Shown in pieces: positions 6,906-13,952 of a stretch of DNA of 13,952 bases; the first letter of the stretch is position 1; each line of letters starts with the position of its first letter. Made by a program: the position numbers and the translations under genes. The DNA comes from Pseudomonadota bacterium. Lineage in GTDB: Bacteria; Bdellovibrionota_B; Oligoflexia; Oligoflexales; CAIYRB01. Below the pieces are notes generated by a model. It made no database searches, had not been told where the DNA came from, and saw only the letters and a list, made by a program, of their open reading frames with translations. The stretch is taken from assembly GCA_031416315.1 (NCBI GenBank), contig JANOTL010000177.1, positions 1 to 13,952 on the forward strand, in the 5' to 3' direction.

Positions 6906-7472
6906 ATGGACAAGTCAGGTTGGGACTCGCGGCGCCAAGGGCTGGAGGACGAGTTCTTCGTCCGCCAAAACCGTGAGGCGGTCGAAAAGCTGCGCTCGAG
7001 CCAAGCGCGCGAAACGCAGATCGCCGAGCTCGCCAAAGCGACCGGCGTCAAAGATCCCAAGGTGCTCGGCAACCTGGTCGACCTCGGCGTCACGGGGGCG
7101 GTGGCCTTGCCGCTCACGCTCGTGCCGCTCGTGCGCGTGGCGTGGGCCGATGGGAAGATCGATGCCTCGGAGAACGCGGCGATCCTGAAAGCTGCCGCCG
7201 AGCACGGGATCGACGCGGCCAGCCAGTCTTACGAGCTCTTGCTCTCCTGGCTGAAGCAACCGCCGCCTACTTCTCTATTCGACTCCTGGTCGATCTACGT
7301 CTCGGGACTTCGCGACGTCTTGAGTGCCGGAGATTTCACGACCCTGCGCACGAGCATCCTCGGTCGCGCTCGCACCGTCGCTACGGCCGCCGGTGGATTT
7401 CTCGGCCTGGGTTCCAAGATCTCCGAGGCCGAGGAGCGGGAGCTGAAGACCTTGGAGAAGGCCTTCGGCTGA
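6906..7472 (+). CDS. TerB-like (tellurite-resistance fold) protein with a charged N-terminal helix, 188 aa
   Basis: VAWADGKIDASE and VATAAGGFLGLGSKISEAEERELKTL are the two TerB-like half-motifs. RBS GAGGGAG (6894-6900); 25 nt after the YcaO stop. Confidence 0.85.
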   Translation: MDKSGWDSRRQGLEDEFFVRQNREAVEKLRSSQARETQIAELAKATGVKDPKVLGNLVDLGVTGAVALPLTLVPLVRVAWADGKIDASENAAILKAAAEHGIDAASQSYELLLSWLKQPPPTSLFDSWSIYVSGLRDVLSAGDFTTLRTSILGRARTVATAAGGFLGLGSKISEAEERELKTLEKAFG

Positions 7473-7536
7473 ATTCGTAAGCGCAGTCGTCGCAACGTCG
7501 GGCGTCACCATCCATGACGACCTCGATTAAGGCGGA

Positions 7537-8811
7537 TCAAAGCGTCGCCGAAATCACGTCCGCATCAGCCGTCACGATCTCCAGCATCTCGAGCCACGCC
7601 GCGGTGATGGAGGCCGCTTTGGCGGCCGTCATCGTGCGCGGGGCCGAGGTGCTGATCAGATACTTGGAGAGGCTGTTGTAGAGGTTCGTCGGGCTGCCGC
7701 TCAGGTCCATCGAGGCTTTCACCCGGGCATAGGTGGCCGGGTGATTCTCGCGCACGTGGCGGGTGATGGCGGTGCCGAGCTTGCGGAACTCGCCGTTGGT
7801 GATGTTGATGCCGCTGCGGCGGCAGTTGGCTGCATCCTGGATGTTGCGGCTGAACTGCCAGTAGTCGTTGAGACGCGCGTCCTTGGGCGACGAGGGCACG
7901 GCGCATGCTTGCTGGCGGAAGGTCCGGTCAGTGAAGGTGACGCTGCCGGTGCTGGCGTTCTTGTAATAGAGCTTCAACTCGCTTTGGCCGGCGTGGAAGC
8001 CCGCCAGCAACGTCACCTCGAGGAGGGCGGCATCCCAGTGCGGCGACACGTGGCCGTCCATGAGGTTCCGGGCTTGCTCGGCGATGTAGACGGCGAGAAA
8101 GTCGGTGAGGACCATTTTGCCCTCGTCCTCGACGACCGCGAAGCCGGTGTTGTCGGTGGCGAGGAGCGAGCCGAACAAGGCGGCATAGAAGTCCGGAAGG
8201 TCGTCACCGGAAGCGCGCGAATAGGCCTCGAGGTCGTCGAGGTACGCTTTGTCCGAGGCATCGTTGGCGCCGCGGCTCTCGCCGACGCCGAAGCTGCGGC
8301 CGGAGCGCTCCTCGGTCACGTCGTAGTGAACGTTGACGGAGTAGTAACCCTCGTCGAAGCCGACGCGCACGCCGCCGCCGCAGGCGAGGCCCAGGAACGT
8401 GGCGAGGTCGTAGCGATTGACCGAGGGAGCGACGGCGCCGATCTCCGCCGGCAGCGTCGCCAGCGTGACCTTGCGGCCGTTCAAGCGGACGATCAGCTTA
8501 TCGACGATCTTCTTGACGTTGGCGATGCCGCCGAAGCCGTCGACCTTCCAACGCACCTTGGAGTCGGCCGCTGCGTACGCCTCGCCGACGACGGTTCGGG
8601 AGCACATCGCGTAGCCGTCGGTGGCCAGCGTATCCATCGCAGGCTTGACCCGCGTCTCCATGAACCGGAGGAACGTGTCGCGCGGCGCGCCGTGGGAGCC
8701 GCCTCCCATCTCCAGCGTCGGACCGTTGGTGAAGGGCGCTGCCGAGACCAACGAAGGGGTCGCAAGCAGCGAGACGGGGACGAGGATCGCGGCCAAGACG
8801 GCGTGTTTCAA
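7537..8811 (-). CDS. Uncharacterised secreted protein, 424 aa
   Basis: TTG start with AGGAG RBS 7 nt upstream. Sec signal peptide MKHAVLAAILVPVSLLATPSLVSA/AP. Strong GC3 bias; four Cys; no family recognised. Confidence 0.85.
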   Translation of the reverse strand: MKHAVLAAILVPVSLLATPSLVSAAPFTNGPTLEMGGGSHGAPRDTFLRFMETRVKPAMDTLATDGYAMCSRTVVGEAYAAADSKVRWKVDGFGGIANVKKIVDKLIVRLNGRKVTLATLPAEIGAVAPSVNRYDLATFLGLACGGGVRVGFDEGYYSVNVHYDVTEERSGRSFGVGESRGANDASDKAYLDDLEAYSRASGDDLPDFYAALFGSLLATDNTGFAVVEDEGKMVLTDFLAVYIAEQARNLMDGHVSPHWDAALLEVTLLAGFHAGQSELKLYYKNASTGSVTFTDRTFRQQACAVPSSPKDARLNDYWQFSRNIQDAANCRRSGINITNGEFRKLGTAITRHVRENHPATYARVKASMDLSGSPTNLYNSLSKYLISTSAPRTMTAAKAASITAAWLEMLEIVTADADVISATL

Positions 8812-8852
8812 GGCGAGGCTCCTGGATGGACGAGATTGAGGCGGCGAAGTCC

Positions 8853-8881
8853 TTTCTATGGTTTTTTAATAAAACTGTCAA
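8853..8881 (-). promoter_or_regulatory. Sigma70-type promoter for the 7537..8811 gene
   Basis: Minus strand: TTGACA (8881-8876), 17-nt spacer, TAGAAA (8858-8853; 4/6 match to TATAAT), inside a strongly AT-rich island ~40 nt upstream of the start codon. Confidence 0.6.
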
Positions 8882-9227
8882 TGATTCCGTAAAATGTATA
8901 TTGAAATTCATAGAATGGCGCGGCTATTCCAGGATGACGAAGTCGACCGCACCCTGCTCGTCCGCCATGGCGTTGCCGAGATCCTGTGCTGGGAGGGGCG
9001 TTCGCCATGGTCTCTCGATCCGCCAAGCTCCGGAAGTCACATACTGATCGACGTCGCTGGACCTGGACATTGTGCCTGCGCCGTAAAGCGCTCGGAGGTT
9101 CGGCAGTTGCCTCTGGCAAGGCTGCGGCTCTGCCAGACGCCCGACAGAAGCAGTCGCAAGTTCTCGTCACGACAGCCATTATAGGAAGTCCAGGTCCACC
9201 GTCATCGATCACTTTCAGTGAGTCAAC

Positions 9228-11750
9228 ATGCGCCTCTCGTCCCTTCTGCGTCATGCTAGCGCCCTCGTCTTCGCCTGCGGGATCTCCGCCAGCTGCAGCA
9301 GCAGGAATCGGAGCGACGACACGCCTGCCCCTGTGCCGCCGGAGGTCATGCCCCCCGGCGTGACGGTCGAGGGTCTCGCCGTGCCCCGCGAGCATACGCG
9401 CGTGCTGTCGGCGGAAGGCACGGCGGCGATCGAAACCTTCGACCTCGCCGCCGGCGTGCTGATGCTCAAAGCGAGCGGGGACGTGCCGGCCGCTTTCGCG
9501 GCTGGAGACGTGATCGTCGCACGGATCGGCGAGAAGACGCCGAGCGGAGCGTTGGTCAAGGTCGTGACGGCGGCCCAGGAAGGGGGGCTGTGGCGGCTTT
9601 CAGTCAGCCAAGCCTCGTTGGCCGACGCCCTCGAATCGGCCAATTTTTCGGTAAAAATCGCCTTGGACCCGGCCAAGGCCATCTACGCGCCACAGCTCTC
9701 GGGCGCTTCCGTCGTCAAGACGCCGGCGGCCGGCGGCGTGCCCTTGCTTGGCGACGAGAGCGGTTTCACGCTGGGAATGACCGACGTGCCGGTCCTCGAC
9801 GTCGACGGCGATACGGCTACGACGTACGACCAAGTGCAAATGACGGCGTCCCTCTTCTTCGACCTCGGCCTCGACCTCACGCTTCGCACCGGGACGCTGT
9901 CGATCGACGAGCTGACGGTGGCGGTCCGCGGCAAGGAGTCAGGGACGGTCGAGCTCAAGGGCGAAGCCGCCGCCGCGTTCTCGAAGAAAGTCGCCGTGGG
10001 CGTCATGGTCTTCCCGCCGATCGTGGTGCCGGTCGGCGCTTTTCCGCTCGTCCTCACCTCGGGCATCGACCTGACGATGGGCGTTGGCGGCGCGGCGGTG
10101 GCGAAGTTCCGGACGAGCGCCTCGGAAGAGGCTTCGTTTCGCGTCGGCGCGGGTTACCTCGCCGGAGGGGTCCAGCTGATCAAGGAAGGGGCCGCCGACG
10201 GCTCCTTTCAAGCGCCGACGATCGCCGGCACGCAGGTCGAAGCGAAGGCGAGCCTCGGGGCACGCGCAAGCTTGGCGCTCTACGGCGTCGCCGGCGGCTA
10301 CGCGGGCGCAGGAGCCTTCGCGACAGTCAGGGCCGAGCCGGCGGCCGATCTCTCCGCCTGCGCCACGGCACAAGTCGGCGTCGAGGCCGAAGCAGGTTTG
10401 AAAGCCGGCATCTTCGGCCTCAAGATCGCCGACTGGAGCGACACGATCACCTTCCTGGAGAAAGATCTTGGGATAAAAGCGTGCAACGCGAAGGGCGGAA
10501 CCGGAGAGGACGCGACCCTTGGTTGGCGCTACGTCGCGGACGGCGCCGAGGACGATAAGGTCGGGTTCGTGACGGCCGCAGCGTCTCGAGACGGCGGTAT
10601 GGTCTTGGCTCGCAGCGGCAATTCCTTCGGCTACGTGCAAAAGCACGACGCCGAGGGCGTGGTCGACTGGCGTTACGGCATGACGGGCGGGACGATGCCT
10701 TCGATCGATCGCTTGGCAGTTGCCGCCAATGGCGACGTTCTCGCCGTCGGCACCTACGGAAGCCGGCTGGCAGTGCTGCGGCTCGACGGTGCGGGACGAC
10801 TCCTTTGGGCGAAGAGCATCGACCGTCAAGCAGTCTACTTCGTCAACGCGCTAGCAGAAGCCAGCGACGGCGCGATCCTCGTCGCCGGCAAGACCTATGA
10901 CGGCGACGATACGAGCGACGACGCCTTCCTCTTGCGACTCGATGCGGCCGGGGCCGTCCTGAGCTTCTCGAGGCTCAAAGGCCCGATCGATCTCGACGGC
11001 GCGAACGCCGTTGCCGCGGGGCCTGACGGCCGCGCGTATCTTGCCGGCACGACGCGGGCGCCGAGCGGCGACACGACGAAATTTCTCGGCTTCGTCGCGG
11101 CGATCGCCGCCGACGGCAGTACGGTGTGGGCTAAGGGCGTCGCGGCCGGAGAGGCGACGGCGCTCGCGGCCGACGGCTCCGGCGGCGTCGTGGTCGCCGG
11201 GTTCGAGGAGCGCTTTGCCGACGACGCTTTGACGAAAGCGCCTTGGGCCGTGCGCGTCGACGCGGACGGGGCGAGGAGCTGGGGTACGGAGCTCGCGCTG
11301 AACGTCAGACCGACGGCCATCGGCAAGACCAAGGACGGCGCGGTGGTCTCCGGAGTTTCCACGGTGGCGGCCGACGACCTGCGCGGCTTCGTCCTTCGGC
11401 TGGGCGACGGTGGCGGCGTCCTCTGGGCGCGGACGTATCGCACCGCCGCCGTCCCCCAGGAGCTGAGCTTGATCTACGAACGCGCGGACGAGCGCATCGT
11501 GGCCGGCGGCCACCGGGTTCCCGGCGCACGCACGACCGAGGCCTGGTGGCTCACGCTCCCTCGCGACGGCTCGGGCTCAGGCGCGCCCGCGGGCTCGGAG
11601 GCGACGACGGCCTCGGCGTCTACGATCGCCCTTGCGGACGTCGTGGACGTGAGCTTCACCGTCGTGCCCTTGACGACGGACGTGACGGCTCTCGACGTCA
11701 CGTGGTCGAAAGCGGTCGCGCCCGAGCCGAGCGTGCTCAGCGCGCCCTGA
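9228..11750 (+). CDS. Large lipoprotein: beta-strand-rich N-terminal half plus C-terminal beta-propeller (SBBP/PQQ-like repeats), 840 aa
   Basis: Lipoprotein signal MRLSSLLRHASALVFACGISAS-C followed by a Pro-rich tether. Repeated blades such as LAVAANGDVLAVG..LRLDGAGRLLWAK, LAEASDGAILVAG..LRLDAAGAVL, VAAGPDGRAYLAG..IAADGSTVWAK, LAADGSGGVVVAG..RVDADGARSW. Confidence 0.88.
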   Translation: MRLSSLLRHASALVFACGISASCSSRNRSDDTPAPVPPEVMPPGVTVEGLAVPREHTRVLSAEGTAAIETFDLAAGVLMLKASGDVPAAFAAGDVIVARIGEKTPSGALVKVVTAAQEGGLWRLSVSQASLADALESANFSVKIALDPAKAIYAPQLSGASVVKTPAAGGVPLLGDESGFTLGMTDVPVLDVDGDTATTYDQVQMTASLFFDLGLDLTLRTGTLSIDELTVAVRGKESGTVELKGEAAAAFSKKVAVGVMVFPPIVVPVGAFPLVLTSGIDLTMGVGGAAVAKFRTSASEEASFRVGAGYLAGGVQLIKEGAADGSFQAPTIAGTQVEAKASLGARASLALYGVAGGYAGAGAFATVRAEPAADLSACATAQVGVEAEAGLKAGIFGLKIADWSDTITFLEKDLGIKACNAKGGTGEDATLGWRYVADGAEDDKVGFVTAAASRDGGMVLARSGNSFGYVQKHDAEGVVDWRYGMTGGTMPSIDRLAVAANGDVLAVGTYGSRLAVLRLDGAGRLLWAKSIDRQAVYFVNALAEASDGAILVAGKTYDGDDTSDDAFLLRLDAAGAVLSFSRLKGPIDLDGANAVAAGPDGRAYLAGTTRAPSGDTTKFLGFVAAIAADGSTVWAKGVAAGEATALAADGSGGVVVAGFEERFADDALTKAPWAVRVDADGARSWGTELALNVRPTAIGKTKDGAVVSGVSTVAADDLRGFVLRLGDGGGVLWARTYRTAAVPQELSLIYERADERIVAGGHRVPGARTTEAWWLTLPRDGSGSGAPAGSEATTASASTIALADVVDVSFTVVPLTTDVTALDVTWSKAVAPEPSVLSAP

Positions 11751-11757
11751 CCGCGGC

Positions 11758-12117
11758 TTACGGGTGGCTGTCGAAGAACTTCTTGCCGAGCGCGATCACT
11801 TGCGCGTCGGAAGGGTGATCCACGGTCTCGACGCCGACCACTTTCTCGTTCGTGTGCTTGTCGCTGAGCTTCTCGAGATAGTGCTTGAACTCCGCCTTCG
11901 CCTTGCCTGGGCCGACCAGCAAGATGCGACCGGCGGATTGCAGATCGGCGCACAGGTCTTTGTAGAACTTGGGCTCGTCGCTTTCCTGCGGCGAGTTGTT
12001 GGCGCCCAAATGCTTTTTGATGTGACGCGGCGCCATCGGCGCGAGGTCGCCCTCTTTGCTGGCGATCTCGAAAATGTTGGCATGGGCGGAGTCTAGAAAC
12101 ACGATGACGTCGGTCAT
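11758..12117 (-). CDS. Small eRF1-domain-2-like / Host_attach (baeRF-related, 'translational machinery') protein, 119 aa
   Basis: Motifs VFLDSAHANIF, RILLVGPGKAKAEFKHYL and KVVGVETVDHPSDAQVIALGKKFF are typical of this family. AAGGA RBS upstream of ATG 12117. Confidence 0.85.
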   Translation of the reverse strand: MTDVIVFLDSAHANIFEIASKEGDLAPMAPRHIKKHLGANNSPQESDEPKFYKDLCADLQSAGRILLVGPGKAKAEFKHYLEKLSDKHTNEKVVGVETVDHPSDAQVIALGKKFFDSHP

Positions 12118-12256
12118 TTTTCATCCTTTTCAATGTCGCGGAAATGATTCATGGCCAGCTGGCCATCTACTAATACTTCGTAGAATTTATATTAGTATCT
12201 GTTCGGAATTTTCAATGCTACCTTCAAATCAAGAAACCAAACAAAGGAATACCGCG
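12118..12256. promoter_or_regulatory. AT-rich divergent promoter region with two inverted repeats
   Basis: Perfect 16-bp palindrome ATGGCCAGCTGGCCAT (12151-12166) and TACTAATA-N14-TATTAGTA (12168-12197), between divergent genes. Confidence 0.6.
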
Positions 12257-12469
12257 ATGAACTGGGACCAAGTCGAAGGCCGTTGGCTCGAGCTCAAAGG
12301 CGCCGTGCGGGAGAAATGGGGCAAGCTCACCGACGACGACGTCGAGCTCATCGCCGGCAAGAAAGATCGCCTCCTCGGCAAGCTGCACACTCACTACGGG
12401 CTCGCAAAAGACGAAGCCGAGCGCGAGCTCGACGGCTTCATCAGCAAGCTCGACAAGAACTCGAAATAA
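12257..12469 (+). CDS. csbD: CsbD/YjbJ family general stress protein, 70 aa
   Basis: MNWDQVEGRWLELKGAVREKWGKLTDDDVELIAGKKDRLLGKLHTHYG matches the YjbJ/CsbD consensus. Start re-assigned to ATG 12257 with AAAGGA RBS (12243-12248). Confidence 0.95.
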   Translation: MNWDQVEGRWLELKGAVREKWGKLTDDDVELIAGKKDRLLGKLHTHYGLAKDEAERELDGFISKLDKNSK

Positions 12470-12499
12470 GTCACTCTTCTCTTCACTGATTGGAAACTG

Positions 12500-13864
12500 A
12501 TGCTTTTCTCCCATAGCGCGATCCTCAAGGCGACCGTCGCCGGCGTCCTCGTCCTCGGCAGCCATGCCTGCACCCGGATCCCCGTCCAAGAGATCCCGGC
12601 TACCGCGAACCCGTCCGAGGAGATCGCCAAGCTCGAGGCCCAGCGCACCGCTGCGGTCGCCGCGCAGGTCGACGTCCTGTCACCGGGCTACTTCGAGGAA
12701 GGCGTCACTGCCCTCGAGAAGGCGCAGCAGAGCCGCGCGAAGGCCGCCGATACGCCCGAGATCCTCGGCTACGTGGCTCAAGGCCGCGCCAACCTGAACA
12801 AGGCCACCGAGGTGGCGGAAGTCTCGAAGACGAGCTTGAAGACCGTCGTTGACGCGCGCGCCGATGCGCTTTCGGCCAAGGCGCCGAAGTTCCTGAAAGA
12901 TGAGTTCACCGAGGCCGACCAGGAGCTGAGGAAGGCGACGCAGGACATCGAGAAGAACGATCTCGCTTCCGCCGCCAACAGCCGGGCGCCCCTGACTCAG
13001 CGCTATGCGGCCCTCGAGCTGCGGGCGATCAAGATCGACAAGCTCGCCGCTGCCGCCGCGACGATCGACAAGGCCGAGAAAGAGGGCGCGAAAGAAAACG
13101 CCGGACGGACCTTCAAAGAAGCGAAGAAGGCGCTTGCGGATGCCGACGCCTTCATCACCGCAAACCGCCACGACAAAGCCGGAATCGAGGCGCAGTCTGC
13201 CGCCGCCAATGCCGGCGCGCAGCGCCTTCTCGACGTGTCCCGCCAGGTCAAAGTCGCGGACAAGTCCGACGCTGAGTCGGTGGTGCTCGACCGCGAGGCG
13301 CAGAAGAAGAAGCTCGACGCCCAAGTCGCGGCCGGCGCGGCGACCAGCGCCGAGCTCGGGACGGCGAACGCCCAGACCGAGGCGCTGACCGCCGCGAACT
13401 CGCAGGTGAACGCCAAGCTCGAGCAGGAGAAGCTCGCCGACGCGCGCCTCGAAGCCGCCAAGGCGAAATTCTCGCCCTCGGAAGCCGAGGTCTATCGTGA
13501 CGGCGACCGCTTGATCATCCGCATGAAGACGATCGCCTTCCCCTCGGGCAAGGCGAACCTGCCGCCGGAGAGCTTTCCGGTCCTCGGCAAGGTTCAGCGC
13601 GTGATCCAAGACCTGCGTGCCGCGCACGTGACGGTCGAAGGGCACACCGACGCGAACGGCTCCTCCGCCGCGAACACGAAGCTTTCGAACGAGCGCGCTT
13701 CGGCCATCGGCGGCTACCTGGCCTCCAGCGGCTATGCGGCCGAGAGCATCTCGACGGTCGGCTACGGCGACACCAAGCCGCTGACGACGAACAAGACGGA
13801 AGCCGGCCGCGCCCAAAACCGGCGCGTGGACGTGATCATCGAGCCGTCGACGACGGTGGAGTAA
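12500..13864 (+). CDS. OmpA-family peptidoglycan-binding lipoprotein with long helical N-terminal repeats, 454 aa
   Basis: Lipobox-like VLVLGSHA-C24. C-terminal OmpA-C domain (FPSGKANL, VTVEGHTDANG, NTKLSNERA, VGYGDTKPL, GRAQNRRVDV). Ala/Lys/Glu-rich helical region between them. Confidence 0.93.
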   Translation: MLFSHSAILKATVAGVLVLGSHACTRIPVQEIPATANPSEEIAKLEAQRTAAVAAQVDVLSPGYFEEGVTALEKAQQSRAKAADTPEILGYVAQGRANLNKATEVAEVSKTSLKTVVDARADALSAKAPKFLKDEFTEADQELRKATQDIEKNDLASAANSRAPLTQRYAALELRAIKIDKLAAAAATIDKAEKEGAKENAGRTFKEAKKALADADAFITANRHDKAGIEAQSAAANAGAQRLLDVSRQVKVADKSDAESVVLDREAQKKKLDAQVAAGAATSAELGTANAQTEALTAANSQVNAKLEQEKLADARLEAAKAKFSPSEAEVYRDGDRLIIRMKTIAFPSGKANLPPESFPVLGKVQRVIQDLRAAHVTVEGHTDANGSSAANTKLSNERASAIGGYLASSGYAAESISTVGYGDTKPLTTNKTEAGRAQNRRVDVIIEPSTTVE

Positions 13865-13952
13865 GTCTGACCGCGGCGACTTGAAGGCGGGCGTTTGGTC
13901 ACCCTGGCGTAGGCGGTGGCGTTGCGGGTAATACGCCGGCTAGTGGGAGCGT

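Noticed and set aside
7741..8892. 383-aa plus-strand ORF, and other long antisense or alternate-frame ORFs (5266..6162, 9590..10558, 9939..10829, 12680..13816)
   Set aside because: They overlap well-supported genes; expected artefacts of high GC3 codon bias.
9113..9128. Sigma54-like TGGCAAG-N4-CGGCT
   Set aside because: GG/GC spacing fits but the TTGC element is missing; likely chance in GC-rich DNA.
8894..9184. 96-aa ORF in the divergent intergenic region
   Set aside because: No RBS, weak codon bias, no motif; more likely promoter/leader DNA.
12056..12256. N-terminal extension of the csbD ORF
   Set aside because: Overlaps the divergent gene and promoter; family homology begins at MNWDQ (12257), which has its own RBS.
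1..13952. Prophage/ICE, IS element or CRISPR array associated with the tRNA
   Set aside because: No integrase, transposase, duplicated tRNA 3' end or regularly spaced repeats were seen by eye.

Overview
GC-rich bacterial window. Gene content suggests Bdellovibrionota/Oligoflexia or Myxococcota, but this is inference only. It opens with the 3' half of a CAT-anticodon tRNA (Ile2-like, CCA encoded). About 4.4 kb of accessory-looking DNA follows: a degraded gene remnant, a very Lys-rich histone-H1-like protein with an amphipathic tail, an orphan SMI1/KNR4 (SUKH) immunity fusion, a possibly 5'-truncated ORF with its terminator, and a 506-aa cytoplasmic HExxH metalloprotein. Next are an OsmC-YcaO fusion and a TerB-like protein with an IF1/zeta-like N-terminal helix, both co-oriented with the HExxH gene. 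A divergent pair follows: an uncharacterised secreted protein and an 840-aa beta-propeller lipoprotein. The window ends with a divergent stress/dormancy-like module: a mini eRF1-domain/Host_attach-like gene on one side, csbD plus an OmpA-family lipoprotein on the other, with two inverted repeats in the shared promoter. No integrase, transposase, CRISPR array or rRNA was seen. The best candidates for undescribed biology are the HExxH / OsmC-YcaO / TerB-like cluster, the histone-like protein and the baeRF-csbD module. All family assignments come from motif recognition by eye, not database searches.
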